From Macrostomum hystrix (lineage: Eukaryota > Animalia > Platyhelminthes), in contig CATNEN010000025.1 of NCBI GenBank assembly GCA_950097015.1, forward strand, positions 7,378,001-7,442,000: a stretch of DNA of 64,000 bases, given 5' to 3'. The translations under genes were made by a program, and so were the position numbers. The notes beneath the pieces were generated by a model, which saw only the letters and a program-made list of their open reading frames with translations, searched no databases and was not told where the DNA came from. Of the stretch, positions 25,873-37,400 are shown piece after piece (the first letter of the stretch is position 1; every line of letters starts with the position of its first letter).

Positions 25873-27345
25873 AACCCAACTCCCTGAACCCAACTCCCTG
25901 AACCCAACTCCCTGAACCCAACTCCCTGAACACAACTCCCTGAACCCAACTCCCTGAACCCAACTCCCTGAACCCAACTCCCTGAACCCAACTCCCTGAA
26001 CCCAACTCCCTTAACCCAACTACCTGACCCAACTCCCTGAACCCAACTCCCTGAACCCAACTCCCTGAACCCAACTCCCTTAACCCAACTACCTGACCCA
26101 ACTCCCTGAACCCAACTCCCTGAACCCAACTCCCTGAACCCAACTACCTTAACCCAACTCCCTGAACCCAACTCCCTGAACCCAACTCCCTGAACCCAAC
26201 TCCCTGAACCCAACTCCCTGAACCCAACTCCCTGAACCCAACTCCCTGAACCCAACTCCCTGAACCCAACTCCCTGAACCCAACTCCCTGAACCCAACTC
26301 CCTGAACCCAACTCCCTTAACCCAACTACCTGACCCAACTCCCTGAACCCAACTCCCTGAACCCAACTCCCTGAACCCAACTCCCTGAACCCAACTCCCT
26401 GAACCCAACTCCCTGAACCCAACTCCCTGAACTCAACTCCCTGAACCCAACTCCCTGAACCCAACTCCCTGAACCCAACTCCCTTAACCCAACTACCTGA
26501 ACCCAACTCCCTGAACCCAACTCCCTGAACCCAACTCTCTGAACCCAACTCCCTGAACCCAACTCCCTGAACCCAACTCCCTGAACCCAACTCCCTGAAC
26601 CCAACTCCCTGAACCCAACTCCCTGAACCCAACTCCCTGAACCCAACTCCCTGAACCCAACTCCCTGAACCCAACTCCCTGAACCCAACTCCCTGAACCC
26701 AACTCCCTGAACCCAACTCCCTGAACCCAACTCCCTGAACCCAACTCCCTGAACCCAACTCCCTGAACCCAACTCCCTGAACCCAACTCCCTTAACCCAA
26801 CTACCTGACCCAACTCCCTGAACCCAACTCCCTGAACCCAACTCCCTGAACCCAACTCCCTGAACCCAACTCCCTGAACCCAACTCCCTGAACCCAACTC
26901 CCTGAACTCAACTCCCTGAACCCAACTCCCTGAACCCAACTCCCTGAACCCAACTCCCTTAACCCAACTACCTGACCCAACTCCCTGAACCCAACTCCCT
27001 GAACCCAACTCCCTGAACCCAACTCCCTGAACCCAACTACCTTAACCCAACTACCTGACCCAACTCCCTGAACCCAACTCCCTGAACCCTACTCCCTGAA
27101 CTCAACTCCCTGAACCCAACTACCTGAACCCAACTCCCTGAACTCAACTCCCTGAACCCAACTCGCTTAACCCAACTACCTGAACCTATCTCCCTGAACC
27201 CAACTCCCTGAACCCAACTCCCTGAAACCAACTCCCTGAACCCAACTCCCTGAACCTAACTCCCTGAACCCAACTCCCTGAACTCAACTCCCTGAACCCA
27301 ACTACCTGAACCCAACTACCTGAACCCAACTCCCTGAACCCAACT
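25873..27345. repeat. 14-bp minisatellite (TCCCTGAACCCAAC)n, about 105 copies
   Basis: Direct inspection; translated repeat has 14-aa period. Confidence 0.96.
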
Positions 27346-27996
27346 TATTCAGTTAGATTGAAATCTCGACTCAGCCCCACCACCCAGAAGCCCTTAGCTG
27401 GCAGGGATTACGCAGCAAAGAATCCCATTGCTTGTCGTCCTATTGGCAACCGACCGGCCTAAGAAGGAGAGTCGATTTATTGATTTCTCGGTGCACCGTC
27501 GGGAGAGAAAATAGCGGTGGCGGAGTCAGGAGGCGCTCGCGCAGAAGCCTCCGAGTTCGCTGACAGGGGGCGGCTTCTACTCGCCGCGGGGAAGTTATGG
27601 CGGATGGGGGATGCAAATTACATATAAATATCTAAGCATTATGCTTTATACTTGCGATACACAATGCACTGTGGGGCCCCACACCCCAAGGACTTGTGTG
27701 ATCCCGAGATTTTCCTTAACTAACTCAACCGCAGCCAGAAATGCCCTCGAGGATATTGCTATGCCGCATGTTATTATTATTATTATAACAAAATTATAGT
27801 GATCTTGAGAATGCACACTAGGGCAGTGATTGCCAACTGAGGATAAGTGACATTTTCTTTAACAATATTCGATAATGAATGACTTATGATGCTCATAACT
27901 ATAAAAGCAATTCTTTCACAATTAGAAAAAATTGCTTTAAAAAATTTCTATCGCTTTCTATCGCTTTCTAATAATTTCTAATAATATCCTTACTTT

Positions 27997-28412
27997 ATCC
28001 CATGTCAGATTATCCCATGTCAGATTATCCCATGTCAGATTATCCCATGTCAGATTATCCCATGTCAGATTATCCCATGTCAGATTATCCCATGTCAGAT
28101 TATCCCATGTCAGATTATCCCATGTCAGATTATCCCATGTCAGATTATCCCATGTCAGATTATCCCATGTCAGATTATCCCATGTCAGATTATCCCATGT
28201 CAGATTATCCCATGTCAGATTATCCCATGTCAGATTATCCCATGTCAGATTATCCCATGTCACATTATCCCATGTCAGATTATCCCATGTCAGATTATCC
28301 CATGTCAGATTATCCCATGTCAGATTTTCCCATGTCAGATTATCCCATGTCAGATTATCCCATGTCAGATTTTCCCATGTCAGATTATCCCATGTCAGAT
28401 TATCCCATGTCA
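27997..28412 (+). repeat. 15-bp minisatellite (ATCCCATGTCAGATT)n, about 27 copies
   Basis: Direct inspection; ends about 10 nt before the NR2 first coding exon acceptor. Confidence 0.96.
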
Positions 28413-28423
28413 CAATTTCTCAG

Positions 28424-31400
28424 ATGAGTCGGTCGGGCTTAGTGGCAGCCATGTCCATCGCGGCCGCCTTGGCAACTCTGGCATCGAAGGCTCCCACAGT
28501 CGTTGGCGTGGATTCCCACCTGCTGTCAGCGGTGCTGCCTAAGCTGTACATTGTTCCGGTGTCGCTGGACTCCGCCGACTTCAAAGACGACAGCGAAGAG
28601 TTTCGCAAGATGCAGACCACGCTGGCCGCGATGCAGAAGGGCGGCAATGAGACAATGTTCGAGCTGGTTGTGGACGAGCTCAAGCGCTGCCGGCAGTCAC
28701 CGAAGCACCTGATGCAGGCAGTCTGCTCGACGCTGCAGATGGAGGAGCCGAAATTCGGCAACGCCCTGGTGTTGACGAAAGTGAATCCGTCCGACTTCAT
28801 CAAGTCTAAAGACTTTGTCCGGGCCACCGAATACCTGCTGCACGTTGCCAGCACCATCGGCCTGCCTACCTTCGTGTACCTGGGCATCGTGGCCGGACAC
28901 CTCGATGTGAGTCTATGTGAACACTGTGAACTATGTGAACACTGTGAACTATGTGAACACTGTGAACTATGTGAACACTGTGAACTATGTGAACACTGTG
29001 AACTATGTGAACACTGTGAACTATGTGAACACTGTGAACTATGTGAACACTGTGAACTATGTGAACACTGTGAACTATGTGAACACTGTGAACTATGTGA
29101 ACACTGTGAACTATGTGAACACTGTGAACTATGTGAACACTGTGAACTATGTGAACACTGTGAACTATGTGAACACTGTGAACTATGTGAACACTGTGAA
29201 AGCAGTAAAACATATTGGGTCTTCCGTCTGCACAGATGGAGGAGGACTCAATGGCCCTCCATCTGGAGCCAGGTTCCCGACATGTCGCTCGCGCGATGTT
29301 TGACTTCCTGAAGACCTACGATTGGAAGATGGCCAGCCTCATTGTGTCCAGGATCACCCTTGGTCACCGCAGCCTAGAAATCGAGCTCAAGAAGTTGGCT
29401 GAGGCGAGTCGAAAACTCGACGACCCGAATGCATACAGGTGAGAATGCCGAATTTCATGGTGTCAGATCTCACGGTGTCAGGTTTCATGGTGTCAGGTTT
29501 CATGGTGTCAGGTTTCATGGTGTCAGGTTTCATCGTGCCAGGTTTCATGGTGTCAGGTTTCATGGTGTCAGGTTTCATGATGTCAGGTTTCATGGTGTCA
29601 GGTCTCATGGTGTCAGGTTTCATGGTGTCAGGTTTCATGGTGTCAGGTCTCATGGTGTCAGGTTTCATGATGTCAGGTTTCATGATGTCAGGTTTCATGG
29701 TGTCAGGTCTCATGGTGTCGAGTTTCATGGTGTCAGGTTTCATGTTGTCGGGTTTCATGGTGTCAGGTTTTATGGTGTCAGGTTTCGTGGTGTCGGATTT
29801 CATGGTGTCAGGTTTCATGGTGTCAGGTTTCATGGTGTCAGGTTTCATGGTGTCAGGTTTCATGGTGTCAGGTTTCATGGTGTCAGGTTTCATGGTGTCA
29901 GGTTTCATGGTGCCAGGTTTCATGGTGTCAGGTTTTATGATATCAGGTTTCATGGTGTCAGGTTTCATGGTGTCAGGTTTTATGGTGTCAGGTTTCATGG
30001 TGTCAGGTTTCATGGTGTCAGGTTTTATGATGTCAGGTTTCATGGTGTCAGGTTTCATGGTGTCAGGTTTTATGATGTCAGGTTTCATGGTGTCAGGTTT
30101 CATGGTGTCAGGTTTTATGGTGTCAGGTTTCATGGTGTCAGGTTTCATGGTGTCAGGTTTTATGATGTCAGGTTTCATGGTGTCAGGTTTCATGGTGTCA
30201 GGTTTTATGATGTCAGGTTTCATGGTGTCAGGTCTCATGGTGTCAGGTTTCATGGTGTCAGGTTTCATGGTGTCAGGTTTCATGGTGTCAGGTTTCATGG
30301 TGTCAGGTTTCATGGTGTCAGGTTTCATGGTGTCAGGTTTCATCGTGCCAGGTTTCATGGTGTCAGGTTTTATGATATCAGGTTTCATGGTGTCAGGTTT
30401 CATGGTGTCAGGTTTCATGGTGTCAGGTTTCATGGTGTCAGGTTTCATGGTGTCGGGTTTTATGGTGTCAGGTTTCGTGGTGTCGGATTTCATGGTGTCA
30501 GGTTTCATGGTGTCAGGTTTCATGGTGTCAGGTTTCATGGTGTCAGGTTTCATGGTGTCAGGTTTCATGGTGTCAGGTTTCATGGTGTCAGGTTTCATGG
30601 TGCCAGGTTTCATGGTGTCAGGTTTTATGATATCAGGTTTCATGGTGTCAGGTTTCATGGTGTCAGATTTCATGGTGTCAGGTTTCATGGTGTCAGGTTT
30701 CATGGTGTCGGGTTTCATGGTGTCAGGTTTCATGGTGTCGGATTTCATGGTGTCAGGTTTTATGGTGTCAGGTTTCATGGTGTCAGGTTTCATGGTGTCA
30801 GGTTTCATGGTGTCAGGTCTCATGGTGTCTAGCTCAGCACTGATCATTCACTTTCAGATTCGAGCTGACACAGGTGCTTTCATTCAACGGCCTCAAGACA
30901 GCGTCGGAGATGCTGACCTGCAGGCGGTCCGCGCGGTGCAAAGCCATCTACCGCAAGATTCTGGAACGGCTGTCGAAGACAGAAGAGAGAATTTTTCTGT
31001 TCCACGGTTCCATGTGAGACTAAAGGGGGCAGTTTTGGGGCTGATTGTTCAATTTGAGCTAGCGTCATTAGCAACTGCGCCGCTGAAACTGATTTCCAGC
31101 ACTGATCTAAACATCCTGGTGAGCACATCGATGGATTCTGAGTACAGGTACCTATTTGAGAAGGACTATCTGTGGCTGTTGTCTCCGGCAGCGATACCCA
31201 GTCCTGCGAAGAACTTTAAGTCGGCGAACGCCCAGCTCGGTCCAATCGAGTTGCCCGGACTGTTTGGTAGGCGTGCCCAGCACTTGAAAGTTATCAACTA
31301 TTATCCACATGAAAATACGAAGTTAATTTTCTTCAACCGCACTATTTAGGCCTGACACACAATCCAGACTTGACCAAGGCAGTGCGGGTGGCCACGAACC

Positions 31401-34400
31401 TGTGGTACAAGGCATTGTTGAGCTTCAAGAGCAGCTTGGTGGAGCGAGGCCTCACAGACAAGGAGATTGTGCGCCAGATGCATCCGGACTTCACCTGCCA
31501 GACTGCGGAGAACAACGCCAGCAGTGTTTACTGGGAGTTCGGGCGGGACATTTACAGGTGACTTAACAGGGGCCGACAAGGGAGTGTGAGTGCGTCTTTG
31601 CTCACAGCCCCCAGCAAGTATAATAGAAATAACAATTGTAATATTGATTACTGGAAGTAACTGATAGTTACTGATATATTGATAGTAATCACAATAACAA
31701 TTAGTAATAATAATTGTCTACATTAACTAAAAGCGGGCCAGATCTGTCCATGGACTGGGGGGGGACGCCACACCCACCCTCAATTACCACAGCTAATGCT
31801 GGTAACCATTTGACAGCTGGGTGAACTGAAGCAATGCAGAGTGAAGTGTCTTGCTAAAGGACAAATAGTGGAGTCGGGAATCGAACCCCCGACCTTCAAG
31901 TTATGAGTACGATGCTATAAACACTAGGCTACAACCCCTTAGTTCTAATAGTAATATAGCTCGTATGGATAGTCAGTATAGCTATAATTATAATGTTGTC
32001 TTCCTATAAGTAATGTAGGTAATGTTGGCTTTATCGTTGGCTAAATCCCAGGCGCATTCTGAGCAGCTCCTACTGCTACTCGTGCGGCAGCGAAGGCGAA
32101 GTCGACGAGATTATCGGCTTCGACAAAGACGGCTTCATCAACACCACGGAGCTGCTGATAATGAACTCCCGCGGCGGCAAGCGTACCACAACAGAGTGGT
32201 TGTCTGTAGGACAGTGGAGCATGAGCAGCAGCCACTGGCCGCAGACAACCTCGGTCAGAATGGAGGGCGTTCTGTGGCCCGGCAATGCTAACACGCCGCC
32301 GCTGGGCCGTCCACAGAAGTTCCGCTTGCGGGTGGCCACACTCAAGGAGGACCCATTCGTCAGGTACTGGCCGCCGGAGAAGGACGGCTCGTGCGAAGTG
32401 ACCGCGCTGAAGTGCAGCATAGTTTCCGACAATGCCAGCCTTGTTGGCTTTCCCGCGGACAAGATCTGGTCCAACGACAGTCTGAGGGAGCTTATGCGAC
32501 GCACCGCTTATGAGGACAGCTGCTGCACTGGGCTCTCCATCGACCTGCTGAAGGAGCTCATGAAGGACATGGACTTTGAGGTTGACCTATTCGAGGTGCC
32601 CGACAAGACATGGGGCGGTTGGACTGCCGTAAGGATTGCTTCCAGAAGGATAATTGCTGCAAGAAAACTGACATGGGATAATCTGACATGGGATAATCTG
32701 ACATGGGATAATCTGACATGGGAAAATCTGACATGGGATAATCTGACATGGGAAAATCTGACATGGGATAATCTGACATGGGATAATCTGACATGGGATA
32801 ATCTGACATGGGATAAACTGACATGGGATAATCTGACATGGGATAATCTGACATGGGATAATCTGACATGGGAAAATCTGACATGGGATAATCTGACATG
32901 GGATAATCTGACATGGGATAATCTGACATCTAATAATGACAGATTATGACCCGAGGAAAGTTTGAATTAAGCTTCTTTCTAAAAGAAAGATTTTGTACAA
33001 TAGACTAAGTGCAGCCGGCAAGACAAGACTTGACACTTTGCAGATCGCTGGCTATTTCGTTATAAGCCAAACTTGGCATAGTAATAAACCAAAGCAATAG
33101 ACTAGGCTGGTGCAGTCAGTCCTACAGATTTCAGTTGTAAAACGTGAAAGAGGGAGACGAAAGTGACCAGAGGCTCATCAACACAATGGACCATCTCGCG
33201 AAATGCCATTTTTTAGCTAAAAGTGCGTGAAGCAAGTCCTAATCTTGCTCTACCCCGCAGTCAACCGGCTGGAATGGCCTCATTCGAGTGCTGACTGTCG
33301 GCATGGCGGACATGGTCGTGACTGCGCTGAAGATCACGCCGAACCGCAGTGACCAAATCGACTTCAGCCTGCCCTACCAGCGGACTGGCATCACCATTCT
33401 GGTGGCCCTTCGAGAGGGCGCGATCTCCACCAGGGCCTTTCTCAGTGAGACCCATTCCATGTGTTGCTATGTGGAATTCCATGAGTTGCTATGTGGAATT
33501 CCATGAGTTGCTATGTGGAATTCCATGAGTTGCTACGTGGAATTCCATGATTTGCTACGTGGAAATCCAGGATTTGCTACTTGGAATTCCATGATTTGCT
33601 ACGTGGAATTCCATGATTTGCTACGTGGAAATCCAGGATTTGCTACATGGAAATCCATGATTTGCTACGTGGAATTCCATGATTTGCTACATGGAAATCC
33701 ATGATTTGCTACTTGGAATTCCATGATTTGCTACGTGGAAATCCAGGATTTGCTACATGGAAATCCATGATTTGCTACTTGGAATTCCATGATTTGCTAC
33801 GTGGAATTCCATGATTTGCTACATGGAAATCCATGATTTGCTACTTGGAATTCCATGATTTGCTACGTGGAAATCCATGATTTGCTACGTGGAAATCCAT
33901 GATTTGCTATGTGGAATTCCATGAGTTGCTATGTGGAATTCATGGGTTGCCATGTGGAATTCATGGGTTGCCATGTGGAATTCATGGGTTGCCATGTGGA
34001 ATTTGAAGGGTTGAAATCTGAAAAATTTAAGGGTTAAAATCTGAGAAACTGAAGGGTTACAATCTGAGAAACTGAAGGGTTGCAATCTGAGAAACTGAAG
34101 GGTTGCAGTCTGAGAAACTGAAGGGTTGCAGTCTGAGAAACTGAAGGGTTGCAATCTGAGAAACTGAAGGGTTGCAGTCTGAGAAACTGAAGGTTGCAAG
34201 CTGAGAAACTGAAGGGTTGCAATCTGAGAAACTGAAGGGTTGCAGTCTGAGAAACTGAAGGGTTGCAATCTGAGGAATTGTAGGCGATCAAAGTTTTTTT
34301 CGAAGCAGACAGGTTGAGCACTAAAGTTCGAATGTGAAGGCCGCACGAGCCGCAAAAGCCAAGCTGGCTTTAAGTCAAGAAGTTTCCTTTGACGCGGTCT

Positions 34401-37400
34401 CATTGCAGCAGTCTTTTTTGGCAAAGATGCATATCCTGGCCTAGAAAGATAGAAGCATATTGCTTGATTTCAAGGCTATCAGCAATGGAAATCCTATTTG
34501 CATCAGGCCCAGACTCCAGGACTTATGCTCAGACTAAGACAGCTGGCCTCGGCAATTAATTCGGATGTGGCAAGAGGGTCAAGAGGATTGATGCCCATGG
34601 TTCATGAGCTCACAATTCCTTCTCATCCCCTCCCTGATGTGCAGAGCCGTACGACTATCCGTCCTGGTGCCTCATTCTGGTGTTCTCCGTGCACGCTTCC
34701 GGCGCCGCCCTCTTCCTGTTCGAGTGGCTCAGCCCCCAGGGACTAGATCGGGGCAATGTGACGCCGAGAGGTGAGCAATGCCAGTGTTTTGTTATAAAAG
34801 ACATGCTTTCTTGGAAAATACTGCCGCAATATCTAAAATATTTCATATTCAAAGTCATGATAGCACATCCTTTCGCAATTTTACCTTATAGAACTCCACA
34901 ACCCACCCACAAAAACACCCATTTAGCTAAGCAATATCCACAACCCACCCACCAAAACACTCATTTATCTTAGAAATATCCACAACCGACCCACCTGAGC
35001 ACAAGCTCAGTTAATGAAAATCCACAACCCACCCACCCACCTGAGCACAAGCTCAGCTAATAAAACTCCACAACCCACCCACCCACCTGAGCACAAGCTC
35101 AGCTAATAAAACTCCACAACCCACCCACCCACCTGAGCACAAGCTCAGCTAATAAAACTCCACAACCCACCAACCCACCTGAGCACAAGCTCAATAATAA
35201 AACTCCACAACCCACCCACCCACCTGAGCACAAGCTCAGTTAATGAAACTCCCCAACCAACCCACCCACCAGAGCACAAGTTCAGCCTGTTCCGCTCACT
35301 ATGGCTGATTTGGTCGATGCTGTTTGGCGCGGCTGTCAACGCCGACAATCCGCGCGGCGTCGCCAGTCGTTTCCTAGGCAACATCTGGGCACTGTTCGCC
35401 CTTGTTTTTCTTGCCTCTTACACGGCTAATTTGGCCGCATTTATGATCGCCGAGGAATCATACTATGACCTGACTGGCATCAACGACTGGCGTCTGACGG
35501 ATCCCGGAGTGCACAGGCCGCCGTTCCGGTTCGCCACGGTGCCATCCGGCGCCACCGAGGAGAATGTGAAGATGAACTTTCCGGAGATGGCCAACTACAT
35601 GAGCAACTATAGCAAGAGCAATGTTGACGAAGGCATAAAGGCGCTAAAGAACCAGTGAGTTACTAATTCCAGTGTAGTAAAATGATGCCAAATTTTAAAT
35701 AATAAAAAAATCGATGCACGCAGCGTGATAGACGCGTTCATTTACGACGCAACGGTGCTGCAGTACCGGGTCGGCAAGGACAAAGACTGCAAGCTGCGCA
35801 CAGTCGGCAACTGGTACTCAATGACAGGCTACGGTATCGGCATGCCGAAGGGCTCGAAATGGCTGAGAATGGTCAACCAGCGAATCCTGGCCTACAGGAG
35901 AAACGGTGAGCTCAGTATTGGCTGATTGTAATATTTTACGATAATAATAATAATAATTGCAGGAGGGCTGCGGGCAATGGCACATCATTTGGTGACACTA
36001 GACCCGCAGCCAGCGAGGAGGCAATTCTGCCCATTTCGCTGACTCCTGAGCACACACGCAAACAGATACTGTACGCATGCGCACGCCCACACAGGTGTGT
36101 ACATCTGTCCTGACTTTCTTATCGGACCTTGGAGGTTGGCCCTCAAGGATGTAAATTGCGCGACAAGCCCCCAAGCCTTCTCTACGTGGCTGCACCCCAA
36201 ATAAATGTGTCCTTGCCGTGGAATCGAGCTCAGGGATATTAAAGTGAGAGACAAACGCTCTGCCACTTTTGCTGTACTTATACAATGGACACGTTTTCTG
36301 TCGCAGAGTACAATTTTTTACAGAAGCAATATGAAATTAAGTGTCCTACACAAGAATACCAAACTGTTTCCCTCGGGCTGAGACTCGAACTCCCGACCAT
36401 TCAGTCAGAAGTGCGAAGCTCCTACTATAGATAGTAAATGCCTATAATCACAGAATGTGAGCAGGAAGCGTGAGTTGACCCACTGAGAATGACAGCACAT
36501 CTCAGAAAGGCTGCCTTGGCAGAGAGAGAGAGAGAGAGAATGGGTTTGAGACGGAATAGAGTTTTTCGACTCTGGCGCGGCCGGTGGAAACAGGCACGAG
36601 CAACGCGGGGCCAGGCCTGATCACGTATGCAAATTGCTTTAATCGCAGTTGCTCGCGGCTTCAGGACACAGCGGGCTCAGCAGGCTCGGAGTTGGCGGCA
36701 GCGGAATCTGGGCTGTGGGCGGGTCCTTTGCGTTTTTGTGGCCTAACTTTTCGCTGTTATGCTATGGTGAAGAATTTCTGCTGTCTTTTATACGCATGTG
36801 ACTGAGTGAGTGAGTGAGTGAGTGAGTGAGTGAGTGAGTGAGTGAGTGAGTGAGTGAGTGAGAGAGTGAGTGAGTGAGTGAGTGAGTGAGTGAGAGAGTG
36901 AGTGAGTGAGAGAGTGAGTGAGTGAGTGAGAGAGTGAGTGAGTGAGTGAGTGAGTGAGTGAGTGAGTGAGTGAGTGAGTGAGTGAGTGAGAGAGTGAGTG
37001 AGTGAGAGAGTGAGTGAGTGAGTGAGTGAGTGAGTGAGTGAGTTAGTTAGTTAGTGAGTGAGTGAGTGAGTGAGAGAGTGAGTGAGAGAGTGAGTGAGTG
37101 AGTGAGAGAGTGAGTGAGTGAGTGAGTGAGTGAGTGAGTGAGAGAGTGAGTGAGAGAGTGAGTGAGTGAGTGAGTGAGAGAGTGAGTGAGTGAGTGAGTG
37201 AGAGAGTGAGTGAGTGAGTGAGAGAGTGAGTGAGTGAGTGAGTGAGTGAGTGAGTGAGTGAGTGAGTGAGTGAGTGAGTGAGTGAGAGAGTGAGTGAGTG
37301 AGAGAGTGAGTGAGTGAGTGAGTGAGTGAGAGAGTGAGTGAGTGAGTGAGTTAGTTAGTGAGTGAGTGAGTGAGTGAGTGAGAGAGTGAGTGAGAGAGTG

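Noticed and set aside
25551-30847. Periodic ORFs (GSWVQGVGFRELGS, SDYPM, CEHCEL, MKPDT, HGVRF)
   Set aside because: All coincide with 14-18-bp arrays outside or inside introns of the NR2 gene.
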